Shown one piece after another: positions 10,930 to 24,987 of a stretch of DNA of 64,000 bases (positions within the stretch are counted from its first letter, which is position 1; the number at the start of each line of letters is the position of its first letter). A program made the translations under genes and the position numbers. The notes below the pieces were generated by a model that saw only the letters and a program-made list of their open reading frames with translations, made no database searches and was not told the DNA's origin. The stretch comes from Octopus vulgaris. Lineage: Eukaryota. The stretch lies in assembly GCA_951406725.2 (NCBI GenBank), contig OX597822.1, forward strand, positions 42,098,001 through 42,162,000. Reading direction: 5' to 3'.

Positions 10930-12636
10930 TGTATGTATACAGTGCCTAGTTGTACTATTTTCAGTATGCTATATTTATAGGTCTTGGAGTTTTGTTTATC
11001 TATTTCTCTACATGTTTTAATCATTCCCAAGACACCTATTATTGTAGGAATTGTTACTGCTTTTAATCATCACATTCTTGTTGATTCTATTTCCATGTTT
11101 TTGTACTTAGATAATTTACACATTTTTTTTAGAGATATTTTGTCATCTGTTGAGACTGATATGTCGATTAGAAGTGTTGTACCCATGACAACAATGAACT
11201 AAGAATGAAAAAGTAAAATTAGTTACCTAGAATGTAATTAGGTTACTTTGTTTTGCCCAACAGTTCAAGTAATGAAGAATGACATGTAGTTCTGTGGAAT
11301 CCTGGTGAACCCTAAAGAAATTAGAACAGCTTGGATGTAGGAAGAAAAAGAGACTGGCAGGATAGCAATTACATTTGAGGGCTTCTCTCCTTGATAAACT
11401 AGAAATGTAGGGGGTGAAAAAGAGGCAGGGGCACACAATAGCTGAATCAGTAACCACAACAGGTCTCAGAAGCTGTTGTTTTGACAAGGATGGTCCTGAA
11501 ACTTATTTGTCCTCAGTTCTCAAAATTAATGACCCCTCAAGAAACAGACAACTAGAAAGCTGATTGATTCTTTTCCAGTGGTACCACCCTATCCTTTTGT
11601 GACAAAGAAGAGATACCAAACAAGGAACAGAGGTGGTAAGAGATGAATAATGTGTGTCAGTTGGTAACCTGGGGGAGGAGAGAATGTGATGCCTAACAAA
11701 AGTGTGATTGTAAAGAAAAAGACCCCTCTTTTCACAATCATTGTAAAGAGAGAGAGAAGTAGAGATAAAAACGGTGGGTAGGGGTGGAGTTAGTTGGAAG
11801 AGATTCAGGGTTATCCCACTTTATATTAATGGCAGTGTAGATTGAATTTGAGAGGTGTAGGGGGGAGGGTAGTGTGTTAAGGAGGGAGGGAGTGGTGCAG
11901 TGAGAGAAGGATGAATAAAAGAGACACAGGAAGGTAGCATAGAAGCTGAGGGATGAGTGGGTTTGTTTAACAGAAACTGAAAGATTAGTAGAGAGAGAGA
12001 GTGTGTGTGTGTGTGTGCTGCTATCAACTTGAATGGCCAGTGTCTTAGTTGGAGCTAATCTGGTAAAACACTTTCTCATCATCCTGTAACCTTTCTTTAT
12101 AGCACTTATAAGATTATTTCTTTACAATGTCTGTATTATCATTCCATACACTCACCCCACCCCCACAACATCTCAATTCAGTCTTGCAATTCAGAATGGA
12201 TTCCTGCCTCTGGTCTCAATGCCATAGAACATTGGAAAACTCTTACTTCTGTTTTTTTCTTTTGCTGTGCTAGCTACACACCACCATAGAAACTATGCCA
12301 AAGCCAACATTGGAACTTGGCTCTCTCTCTCCTCTGGCTCACCAGCTCCTGTTGAACCAACAAAACCAGCTCCTGTTGAACCAACAAACCCATACCAGCA
12401 TGGAAAAACAGACATTGAATAATGATTATGACCTAACATCTAGCTTCTCTTCTAGCAGTCTGGTATAATTCTCTGCTACTCTCTTTCTTCCAGTCTTTGT
12501 AGGCTTGTCTCTTAGCTTTAATGGTTTTATCTGCTGTATTGCTTCCCAATCAAGTTACTTTCTGTCTGTCTGGAACCCTACCATGGCCTGTAGTGTCTCA
12601 TAGAAATGCCTAGTTGTTCTGTGTGTCATACATCTC

Positions 12637-12695
<59 letters not shown>

Positions 12696-12810
12696 CTATA
12701 TCTATCTATCTATCTATCTCTTTCTCTAGTACTTCTCTGAATCTTTATTATATTGCTTTACTAAACTCCGGATTATTGCATCTGTTATTATAATTGTTGT
12801 TGACAGAAAG

Positions 12811-15800
12811 ATGTCTGCGACAATTCTGCAGGTAACTTCAACAGAAGAGAAGACCTTCCAGAATCAAGATACATTGCCTCCTCTACCATGTCCAGATCTT
12901 AGCAAAACTCTCCAGAAATACTTGGAGTCAGGTAAAGTTCCTCTCATTTTCTCATTCTGAATATGAAACGGAGTGTGTATGTAATATGGAAGGGTGCTAA
13001 AAAGTTTCTGAATTTTTAGGGGTGTCGCGAAAGGCCTAGTTGGAAGCCTAACCTTCTGAGTTTTTCCAGAGGGCTTACAAAACCTGAAGGACCACTGCCA
13101 AAAGTGTGTGAATCTGAAAGGGGAATATGTTGAATAAAATCATAATTAACTGATCCTCGTGTATTTTCTTTTACCCAAAGCCAGGAACTTTTCAGCATCC
13201 CCTTGTACAGTGTGTTTATATTATATTGTGAAGGCATGTAGCTCAGTGGTTAAGTGTGTTTCACTCACAATTGTGAGATCATGGGTTCAATTCCCAGACT
13301 AGTTGTGCATTGTGTTTTTGAGAAAAACACTTCATTTCACATTGCTCCAGTCCATTCAGTGACCCTATAACAGAATAGCCTTCTGGTCAGGGAGAATGTT
13401 GGCTTGCTCACCTAGCCAGTGGGGTTGCATCATTCAAAAGCTAAAACAATGCAAAGCACGTTGTGACCAGTGATATATAACAACATCCAATAGTCTGGTT
13501 GATCATGTGATCACACAATATAGTATATTTGTGTGTATATTAGTGCTTGTAGTGTATGTATATATAGTATATTCTTTTCTACTCTAGGCACAAGACCCAA
13601 AATCTTTGGGAAGGGTGCCAGTCTATTAGATCGACCCCAGTACGCAACTGGTACTTAATTTATCGACCCCCAAAAGGATGAAAAGCAAAGTCGACCTCAG
13701 CGGAATTTGAACTCAGAACGTAGCAGCAGACGAAATACCACTAAGCATTTCGCCTGGCGTGCTAATGTTTCTGCCAGCTCACCGCCTCGTATATATAATA
13801 TATTAATGTGTATATGTGTTAATGTCTGTAGTATGCATAAAGTCTATCACAGTGTTTCTCAAGGTGAAGTATGGGACTTCAAAATTAAGAATGAAGTATT
13901 TCTCTTTTATCCTTTTACTTGCTCCAGTCATTTGATTGTGGTCAACATGGGGCACAGCCTTTAGTCAAACAAATCGACCGCAGGATTTAATCTTTGTAAG
14001 CTTAATACTTATTCTCTTGGTCCCTTTTACTAAACCACTAAGTTACAAAGACAAACACATCAACATCGATTGTCAAGGACAAACACAGACACACAAACAT
14101 ATACATCCATGTATTTCTATATTGCCCACATAGAGGGGACAAACAAGGACAGACAAAGGGATTAAGTCAATTACATAACCCCAGTGTGTAACTGGTACTT
14201 ATTTAATCAACCCTGAAAGGATGAAAGGCTAAGTCAACCTCAGCAGAATTTGAACTTAGAATGTATTCATTTCGCCCAGCGTGCTAACAGTTCTACCAGC
14301 TCACTGCCCTTCTATATATATGCAACAGGTTTCTTTCAGTTTCCGTCTACTTAATCCACTCACAAGGCTTTGGTTGGCCTGAGGCTACAGTAAAAGACAC
14401 TTGCCCAAGGTGCCACACAATGGGACTGAACCTGGAAGCATGTGATTGGGAAGCAAGCTACTTACCATACAGCCACACCTGCACCTATAAGAATTTATGA
14501 TAAAAATGATTTAAAAGCTGTTTTTTTTAAATTAGAATAACCCCCTCCTCCACCAAAATTATTATTTTGCTGCTATACGTTTTACAATTTTTTGCTAGTT
14601 TCTGGCAACTTCCCAGATTTTGAATTTTTAATGTGTGTGAATTATTTCTAGCAACATTCTTATGGTTTGTGAGAGCAATAATGGACAGAATACTGGAAAA
14701 GTCCTTGTGTGTGCATGTGTGTGTATGTGCGTGCATGTGTATGTCTGTGAATGTTTACAATCATTACTGAGTTATGGCTACAAATGCCATCATTTGTAGC
14801 TGGGTTGGAACTGATGACATTTGTTGATATTTCCTGTTAGCATATTGTCTGCTAGCTTGCATTTTTGAAATCCTCTTAAATAAAAAAAAAAATCACTTAC
14901 TTGGAAAATGGGTATAGATTGACAGCAGTAAGTGTATCTGACCCTAAAAATTCTGCCTCAGATATCTCCTCCTCTGACTTTTCAGGAAAACAGATATTAA
15001 ACGAGTGAAGGTAAGCTTGGTTCAAATTTTTAGCTTATAAATGTGTGTGTCTATACACACACACACAAACCTTCACACACTAAATAAATTACTGTGTAAT
15101 TTAACAGGGCTATACAACTGAAAACCCAAGATACATTAATAGTAATATCTCCATTGTTGAGTATCATCATCATCATCATTTAACGTCCGTTCTCCATGCT
15201 AGCATGGGTTGGACGGTTCGACCGGGGATCTGGGAAGCCAGAAGGCTGCACCAGGCTCCGGTCTTATCTGGCAATGTTTCTACAGCTGGATGCCCTTCCT
15301 AACGCCAACCACTCCGTGAGTGTAGTGGGTGCTTTTTACGTGCCACCTGCACTGGTATATAATAAGCAAAGCAAAAAACAAGAGATGTGAGGAGCTAAAG
15401 AGTTTTAATATTTCATAATTTGCTCTGGGTTACATCACTAACCTCAGGCTTCAAGTTTAATTATGTAATCTCTCTCTATATAAAATTCTTTGTCTGTCTG
15501 TTCCTTATGCATTCTCAAAAGGCTTCACCAAATCAAATCAAATAACCTGTGAGTGTCAACATGTAATTTTTTTGGTTAATATATAGTTTAACTCCTGGTC
15601 ACCAAAACAAAAATAAAACCAGTCTAATAGGTGTAAAAAAAATATGTAGAAAACGAATATAGGTGTAGGAGTGGCTGTGTGATAAGTAGCTTGCTTACAA
15701 GCCACATGGTTCCAGGTTCAGTCCCACTGTGTGGCACTTAAGGCAAGTGTCTTCTGCTATAGCCTCGGGCCAACCAAGGCCTTGTGAGTGGATTTGGTAG

Positions 15801-18800
15801 ACGGAAACTGAAAGAAGCCCGTCGTATATATGTATGTGTGTGTGTCCGTGTTTGTCCCCCCCAACATCGCTTGACAACATGCTGGTGTGTTTACGATCCC
15901 ATAACTTAGTGGTTCGGCAAAAGAGACTGATAGAATAAGTACTAGGCTTACAAAGAATAAGTCTTGGGGTCGATTTGCTCGGCTAAAGGTGGTGCTCCAG
16001 CATGGTCACAGTCAAATAACTGAAACAAGTAAAAGAGTACGGAAACAAAAATTTGTGCTAACGAGCTGGGATGGATGTGGAGAGACTTTCAGAAAATTCA
16101 CAACTTTCAGGAAAATGGATATATATTTATGAAATTTTATAGAAATACTATTCAAATGGCATAGATTATGATTATAAAGAAATTTGTGGGGGGAAATGTT
16201 TTCCGAATGGGTGGTGAGAGGATTTTGGAAAATTCACATGATCCAGTTTTTATCCCTCATAACTTTCAGGATCTAGTCAACAAAACAAAACTAAACAAAA
16301 AAGAAAAGAAACAGTCTACTTAGTGTAAAAAAAAAATGTTTAATGAAAACAAAAATTTGCACAAACATATATACCTTCATCTTGGTTGGTAATTATTTGA
16401 CAGCAACAATTCAAGAGAGGAAGGTATAATTTGGTTGCCTCTATGAAGAACTTGTGCAACAGACTTTCTTCATGTTGAGAAGTTATAAATAAATATCTTG
16501 CAAGATATTGTTGCAGATATTTTGATTGAATTCCTGGTTTTTGGATTGATTCTTTTATGTTTTTCCAAAGTCTTTCAATGTTTTGTGTGTGTATGTTTCT
16601 ATGTGTGCTATCTTCAAAATTGTTAGAGCAAGGTATTTTCTCATCATTGTTTCCATGTGGGCATATCACTATGTTTGGTAATACTCTGTATGAACAAAGG
16701 AACTCAACTGACTTTTGATCATTACAATGAAAAGTGCTTTTGCATTCATAGTAATCAAAATTACAATTTTCACAAATATTGAAATTCTCCATTCTCGAGC
16801 ACTAGTTTTCAAATGTGACGATATCGGAAATGAAATGAAGGATCGATTTCAAATAAACCTCTCCATGGCCTTTTGAATGGCATAGATTACGATGATAAAA
16901 AAAAGGAATTTTCTGACAGTCCTCTCCCTACCCCTTCGGAAAACATTTTCCCCACAAATTTCTTTATAATCGTAATCTATACTGTTTGAAAAGTATTTAT
17001 ATAAAATTTCATTAAAAGATATCCATTTTCATGAAAGTTATGAGGGAAAAAATTGGGTCATGTTAATTTTCTGAAAGTCCTCTCCCCGTTTATTTGCACA
17101 AATTTTTGTTTCCATATTAATTTTCTACACATCTTTTTACACCTATTTGATTTTTTTTTTTTTGTTTCGGTGACTGGGAGTTAAACTGTATATTAACCAT
17201 TTGTTTTTCATTTGCATTAAAACAATTTAACATTTTCTCGAAAATAATCTTTCTGTAGTCAATTATAGTACAGACATTTTATACCACCACCACATTTTGT
17301 ATGTGCGTGTGTTTATTACATACAACATAATAAAGGACATTTTATACCATGACAATGACATTTTTGTATATGAGTGTGTGTTTGCACTTTTGATACATGA
17401 GATACTAAAAGACATTTTATATCATCACCACCACAACACATTTTGTAATATGAGTGTATATGCGTCTGTGAGTGTGTGTGCGTTTGTGCATTCTTTATAT
17501 ATGATATAGTAAAGGACATTTTATACCAAGACAATGACGACACAAATGCTTGCACATTCATTATGGAAATGTATGTCTGTGTGTGTCTAAGTATATGTAT
17601 GTAAGAATTTATGTGTGATTGTCAATTACCCTGTTGTAGACTGGCTATTGTGAAAGAGCTATACTGGCTCAATCATGAGCTTCAAAAGTTAAGATATGTC
17701 AGAAATGACTTTTCAGTCAATCCACACAGCCGTCGATCAAGATTTGTCAGTTCAATACCCTGTTGAATTTCTGAACACACTTAAACACACTGGAGTACCA
17801 CTGCATAACTTCACACTAATGTTGGATGCTCCTATTATGTTGTTTAGGAATTTTGACCCACCTTGCCTGTGTAATGGAACTCGTTTAATTGTTACTTCCA
17901 GGAAGGCCCATGTCCTACAGGCAACAATCATATCAGCTAGTCACAAAGAAGAAGTTGTCTTTATACCAAAATTTCCTCTCATACCTACAGATGTTCCATT
18001 TGAATTTAAGAAGCTTCAGTTCCCAGTCAAACTAAGTTATGGTATTTCAATTAACAAATTTCAGAGTCAATCCCTCAAGGTAGTTGGACTTCATCTCTCT
18101 ATTACATACTCCTCCCACGGCCAACTCTATGTTGTTGCTCACGAGTTGGAAGGAGCAACAGTTTATTTATTTGGACACTGACAAAAAATTACACAATGAA
18201 TATTGTTTACTTTGAGGTGCTTCAAGATTGACAGATTTTCAGTTCTAAATTCTGTTATCATTACAATTTGGATATTTTTAAATAAAATATAGATATTTTG
18301 AAATAATTATGAGGAAAAAAAATATATCTTCATATTTATTGTTTACTAATTTGAATAAGAACAGCAGTAACCTAGGCAATGCCAGGTAATTCAGCTAGTC
18401 CAGCATAACTTATGAAGCAGCTGTAGCCACTACAGAAATATCTAAACTCTTTTTGCTTCTCACATCTCCTAATCTTTTTGCTTATATTATATATATAAAT
18501 AATAAACACAGAAAACGTAATTAGTATCTTTAGCTTTATAAAACCTACACCTGTTTTAGTAAATCAACTATCATTATTACACAAAACAATTAATCAGATA
18601 TAATATAGTTATTTCCCCAACTTTCACGGCGAAAAATACAAAGCTTGGTGGTATGCTGTCCTTATGTATATTCCAGCTATGCAAATTATATTTAGCAGCA
18701 CTGCTAAGACAGAATAGAAAGTAAAAGAATGATGGGTTTTTCTAGGAGATAGATTAATAGTTGATGCAGGGAGGGCAATGGAGGCCAGTCCTCCTTCATA

Positions 18801-21800
18801 CATATTCAAGCAGATGTACATACAATTGCACACATATATACACAGTAGAGAGGAGATAAGGAATCAGATATAACCCCAAGGTGATGTATTCCAATGATAA
18901 CAACAGCAACAATAACAATTATAATGAGTGCAGTGATGACCAGCCAAGCTAACAAGGTTTCAGTCATTCCTTACTGGGATGGTATGCAAGAAAGATTTGT
19001 AGAAATGGTCCTTTTTCTTGTGTTAGTCCTAATTGTGGTACATAAGCTGAGGTAACTGTTGCTCATTGACTAATTTGTTTAATTATTCTGTCACATACTC
19101 TGATTACCTCAATTATATTATCTGTCCTTTGTAAAGAATAAAATGTTTTGAATAGTACAACAATGGACTATAATAACTTGTAATTTAATCATCCATAGTC
19201 TGATATGATATTTCAGAATATAAAATTCCTTCTTCAGATATCCCTAGGAATTGATGGAGTTGCTGCTATAATTGGTTTTTCCAATGTTTTTTTTTGTTTT
19301 TTTTTCCCAATAATATACTTATTCTACTAATGTTACCAACTTAAAATAATGAGTACTTGTGTCCTTACCCACATAGTATCCTACTGAGGCCTCCCGCCAT
19401 CTTACCACTTGTATACAGCATACTGCTCTAGTAGTTCCCCAATCCTTACCTATCTTTCATTATGTCAATGTTGATGGTGGAAGCCCTGAGCTGACAAGAA
19501 TAGGTGGGGTGGTTTCAGTGGTAAGTTGATATTTGTCTGTTCTTTGTGTCTGAAAGGAAGACAATTTATTCAATTGTTTGATGATGATCTAGGGGCTATT
19601 AATTATAGCCAGATGTTTCCACCTGACTACTCCACTATCACAGACAGCACCAACATGAGGTTGTACATTTCTTCTATATATAGTTAGGGTTTTACGTCTC
19701 ATTTGTGATTGTCAGGATTTTTGTCCTTGTTTTATCGATTGGATGCCTTTCCCATCACGACCCACCTTACAGCATAGACTCTGTGCTTTGCATCATGCCA
19801 CAAGCCCTAAAGGTGTGTCTGATGGGACTTAATTGTCCTCTCTGTACTGTGTCAGTTTTTATTCAGAGTGACTTCTCTCTTCAGACAAGTTTCCTTCCTG
19901 CATCTTCTTGAGTTCATCTCTCCTCCAAAACAGAATCTTAATTTAGGGCTTCTGCTCCTCTTGTGGTGCTTTCAGTATGACTTATGTCTCTCAGTATTGT
20001 TATTAAGTGTTTAAGGTGGCAAGCTGTCAAACTGTCAGTCATTAGCAAACTGGGCAAAGTGCTTGCTGGCATTTTGTCTGTCTTTATGTTCCAAGTTCAA
20101 ATTCCACCAAAGTCAACTTTGCCTGTCATCCTTTCAGGGTCGATAAAATAAGCATCTGTTGAACACCAGTAGTAGAAGTAATCAACTTATCCTCTCCCTT
20201 GAAATCTCTAGCCTTGTGTCAAAATTTGAAACCAATATCATTGTGTTCACTTATTACATAGTAAAGGAGGGAAGGAGAGGGAGGTGCTTACAGAAAACTG
20301 ATGGGAGGGGCATGGAGCCAGTGGGTTTGTTTGAAGTGTATTCATTTCTAGAAGTGGATACAGGAGCTTATAGTAGAACTGGCTGGTTGCAGTTGGCAGC
20401 TGTCCATACATACCATGAAAGTGGGGTGGTAAAGGGAGGTTGGGACTCCCTGAACACCTCCATAATGCTGGCTGGCATATTTACCTGCATAGCAGAATAT
20501 TATTAAATAGAATGTGATTTCTACAAAATAAAAGGGGAATTATTGTTTGTGTCTTTAGTCCGACCACATGTATCTGATGAAGAATACCAGCAGACCACGG
20601 AAATTGTGCAGGAATTTGCCAGCAATGCCGGTCCCAGACTACATAGTCTCTTGGAGAAAAAAGCTAAGAGTGAGAATAATTGGGTAAGTTAACTTTGATC
20701 TTTAATACTTCAGACATTTTGTCTTTATTGTAATGTTTATATGAAAAGTGGGGGATGCTTATTGCCTCTGTTACCTTCCTGATTCTAACATTTTGCAGTG
20801 ATTCATTTTATTCTACAAGTTCAAAGAAAGTTACAAAGAAAATTCACAAACTTTGTCAGGATTATTAAAATCAAAGATGTAATTTTCAACAACACAAATG
20901 TGTTACCTCTGCCATTGTTAAACACTGATGTATTTGGACTAGTGTTATCATGTTGTTTCATAAACACTTATGGGGTCTATGTTTCTCTGAACAGTGGTCT
21001 TTCAAAATTGTATACTTAACATACCATTTTGAGAAAAGCATGAAGTACAGCACATGAATTATTTAGGTATTAATCAAACACAGTTTAAACCTTACTCCCT
21101 TATGATGGAAAAGATAACAAAAAAAGAGGAAGACTTCTTCCATTCTCCCTTGGTGTTAAATTAATACACACTATTTGTCCATTCACTCTGTCTTTGTGTA
21201 TTTTTTTTGTCTTTTTGGACCACACACACACATAAACTTACACATTCATAATAACTTGCAAAAGGTCATCATATTTCAATGCCTGCTGAGAAAGGGATCA
21301 ATCGAATTAGAGCCTTGCTTAGGAACCCACTCATGGAGATCCAAGAGACAAGATTCTACCTAATTAATGTTATAATTATCTGTGGAATACTCTGCCACTT
21401 ACACTATATTTCAGTGATTAAATAGTCGAGATGGTTGAACAACTGGATACTTATTGTTGAACCCTATTGAGAGCTATCTACTTATTTATATAGCTTATAG
21501 ATATATGTTTATATACATTGCATAGATATATATGTAGATGGTGTATGTATATGATGTATAGATATGTGTATATAATGTGTAAATGTATGTGAATACACAG
21601 CCTGTAGATATGTGCATATACAGTATTTGAGTGTATATGATGTGTATACATCACCATAGAGTAATTTATATTTCTAATTAAGGAAATAATGAATTATTAA
21701 TTTATAAATCTATAATTATGTTCCACAGTTGGAAAAATGGTGGGAAGACCTTGCTTACCTAGAGACTCGCAGTCCCTGTGCACCTATGATCAACACTGGG

Positions 21801-24393
21801 GGAGAAGGACCTTATTACAGACATTACTGGCCAGCCAAAGTAGGGACCCAGATAGAACGGTGTGCTATGTGTTTGTATTACTCTCTTGAATTTTGGCAGT
21901 TTCTTAGACGGTAAGATATTGTTCTCTCTCTCTCTCTCACACACACATACCACTCTTCCCTTTTCTCATTCTCACTTTTTTTTATCTGTTCCTTCACTTT
22001 TTCTTATCTACTCTTTCTCCATTTTCTTTGCTTTCCTCTTTCTGTTCTTCTCCTTATCTTTTCCTCCTTATTCACTTTCTTCTTCTCCATTGTCCCATCA
22101 TCATTACCATCATTTAATGTCTGCTTTCCATGCTGGCATGGGTTGAATGGCTTAACTGAAAACTGGTAAGCTGGGGAACTGCATCAGGTTCTGATCTGAT
22201 TTCACATGGTTTCTATGGCTGGATACACTTCCTAACACCAACAACTCTGGGAGTGTAGTGGGTGATTTTTACATGCCACTGGCATGGGTGCCAATAACCT
22301 GACACCAACATCAGCCACAACTATGGTCTCACATGGCTTCACAGGTCTACACAAACACAGTATATCACCAAAGGTTTCAGTCATCTGCCATTGCCTCCTT
22401 GAGGCCCAATGCTTGAATGGTGCTTTTTATGTTCCACCAGCATGGGTGCCAGTCAGATGGCACTGGCATCAGCCATGACTATGATTTCACTTGGCTCGAC
22501 AGATCTTCACAAGCACTGCATATCGCCCAATGTTTGAAGGGTACTTTTAACAGGCCAGTTACACAACACTGGTATCGGCCACAACTACAACTCTCTTGGC
22601 TTGGTGGGTCTTCTCAAGTGTGGCATATCACCAAAGGTCTCAGTCTCTTGTCATTGCCTCTATGAGGCCCAACATTCGAAGATCGTGCCTCATCACCTCA
22701 TCCTGTGTCTTCCTGGGTCTACCTCTTCCACAGGTTCCCTCTACCATTCAAGTGCAACATCTCTTCACACAACTGTTCTTGTCCATATGCATCACATGAC
22801 CATACCAGCATAGTTGTCCTTCTTGCACATCACATCTGATGCTTCTTATGCCCAACTTTTCTCTCAGGATGTTTACACTGTCATGCATGCACACTGACAT
22901 TACACATCCAACAAAGCATTCATTTCTTAGAAGCCTACGCATGTCCTTGGCAGTCACAGCCTATGTATCACTGCTGTGTAGCATTGCTGTTCACACACAG
23001 GCACCATACAGTCTGCCTTTCACTCTGAGCACCATTCAAGTGTTGGGCATCAAGGAGGCAATGACAGGTGACTGAAACCTTTGGTGATATAATGCCTTTC
23101 ATTCTGAGCGAGAGGCCTTTGTTACCAGAAGAGATGGGAGCTCTCTGAACTGCTTATATCAAAAGCCGGAGTCTGTACTTGAACAGCTATTAACTCTTTC
23201 ACAGTGTCAAGTGAAATTATTTTGGTTCAATTGCAGCTAAATCTATCTTCTGCTTTCCTATTCTAGAATAAACAACAACAACATCTCATTCAAGAGTCCA
23301 CTTTGTCGTCTTTCATTTCATGCTATGATGACATTTCCAATATACTTCCACAAATTTTCACTTCTCACTTTCATACCTCTTCTATCATCACTTCAACCCA
23401 CTTTCTACAGCAATCTCTCTCTCTATATATATATATATATCTATTTCCACTGTTGCAGTGAAACTCTCCGAGCTCAGACAAACAGAAATGGTCAGTTCTT
23501 GTGTATGAACCAATACCACAAGATATTTACCACCTGTCGCATCCCTGGAACAAAGAAGGACCATCTTTTGCATTATTTTAAAACAGGTTGGGTCACTATT
23601 ATTATCATCATCATTACTACTATTAATACTAGCATCAACGTACTTGTATCATCTTCATCATCACTCAAAGTATCTCATATAGACATCCGCTACTGATATA
23701 TTTCTATGTTTTTTGACATTATACATCTGTATGATATGCTGATCTCAGTTATTCAGCAATACCATCATTTCAACTCTATTCTGTTTTCTATAACAACAAT
23801 CTGTTTGAATATAACAATTTCCTTGACCATAACCTTAAAGTTAAGCTCTAATATTTTGGTGTTTTAGAGAGCGAAGGGGAGACACCCCAGCATATTTTGG
23901 TCTTGTGTCGTGGTCGAATGTTTACAATGGGAATCACTGATGACACAAATGAACTGATCACTGCACCAGAGATGCAGAAACAACTTCAAATTATTTATGA
24001 TAAGTGTATCAACGAAGAAGCGGGACCATCTGTTGGGATACTCACAGCACATGATAGAACAAGTTGGGCAAAGGTAAGATTTCACTTCACATTTCTTGGT
24101 TTGGAAACAAGACAAAGTTTGCTTTAATTCTTCATCAATTTTTATTCCTGGTACTTATCTACAAAAGGTAACATAATCTGTCTCTTTTGTGTGTATGTGT
24201 GTGTGTGTGGTTTGAGTTAACTTTTCAATTTGATTTTTGAAAGGAACAGGCTCACCAAAATCCTTTATAAGGGATCTGCAAGACAAAAATCTATTTGACC
24301 TTTTAACTCTGTGAAATATCAGCCCTCAAAATACATTTTGTTAGTTTTCTTGTCTCGTATAAACCTTTCAACTAAGTCTCTCTCTCTCACTCA

Positions 24394-24432
<39 letters not shown>

Positions 24433-24933
24433 CTGCAGCCAAAGTTACAGATGAGTGGATGAGCATGTGTCATTCATAAAATCAGAAGCTATAATGAACA
24501 GATTCTGACTACCCAACTGATTGATTAATCAAGCAGTCTATTAGCTAATTAGTTAACATGTTAACTGGTAATAATAGAAGGCAGTAAAATTACAAGCAGT
24601 ACATGTTTTAATTGGTAAAATAACCTGCCATTAATACAATAATGTCTAATTAACAGACAATTTCACTTCAGGAGTATTGTAAAACAAATACTAAAGTAAA
24701 CTATATATATATATATATTCGTTTACTCATTTCAGTCATTTGACTGCGGCCATGCTGGAGCACCACCTTTAATCAAGCAAATCGACCCCAGGACTTATTC
24801 TTTGTAAGCCTAGTACTTATTCTTTTGGTCTCTTTTGCCGAACTGCTAAGTTACAGGGACATAAACACACCACCATCAGTTGTCAAGCGATGGTGGGGGG
24901 ACAAACACAGACACAGAAACATATACACACACA

Positions 24934-24987
<54 letters not shown>

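Larger units (their letters stand above)
15574..17198 (-). mobile_element. Merlin (IS1595/IS1016-related) DNA transposon, internally deleted, inserted in the Helitron
   Basis: Long TIRs beginning GGTTAATATA(T/C)AGTTTAACTCC; 8-bp TSD ATTTTTTT (15566-73) / ATTTGTTT (17199-206); internal transposase remnant. Confidence 0.85.
15469..18398 (+). mobile_element. Internally deleted Helitron
   Basis: 5' A|TC terminus at 15469 (TCTCTCTCTATATAAAA); 3' decayed hairpin ACCTAGGCAATGCCAGGT followed by CTAG|T (18395-18399); carries a RepHel helicase C-terminus. Confidence 0.85.

Noticed and set aside
10984-11700. Possible CR1/L2 LINE remnant
   Set aside because: Only vague motif resemblance; no diagnostic RT motif could be read.
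13232-13310. Genuine tRNA genes (also 15662, 35841, 40580)
   Set aside because: A and B boxes are present but acceptor and anticodon stems do not pair, and each head continues into a SINE-like body.
17696-18181. Host PIF1 helicase gene
   Set aside because: Intronless, frameshifted C-terminal fragment inside Helitron termini.
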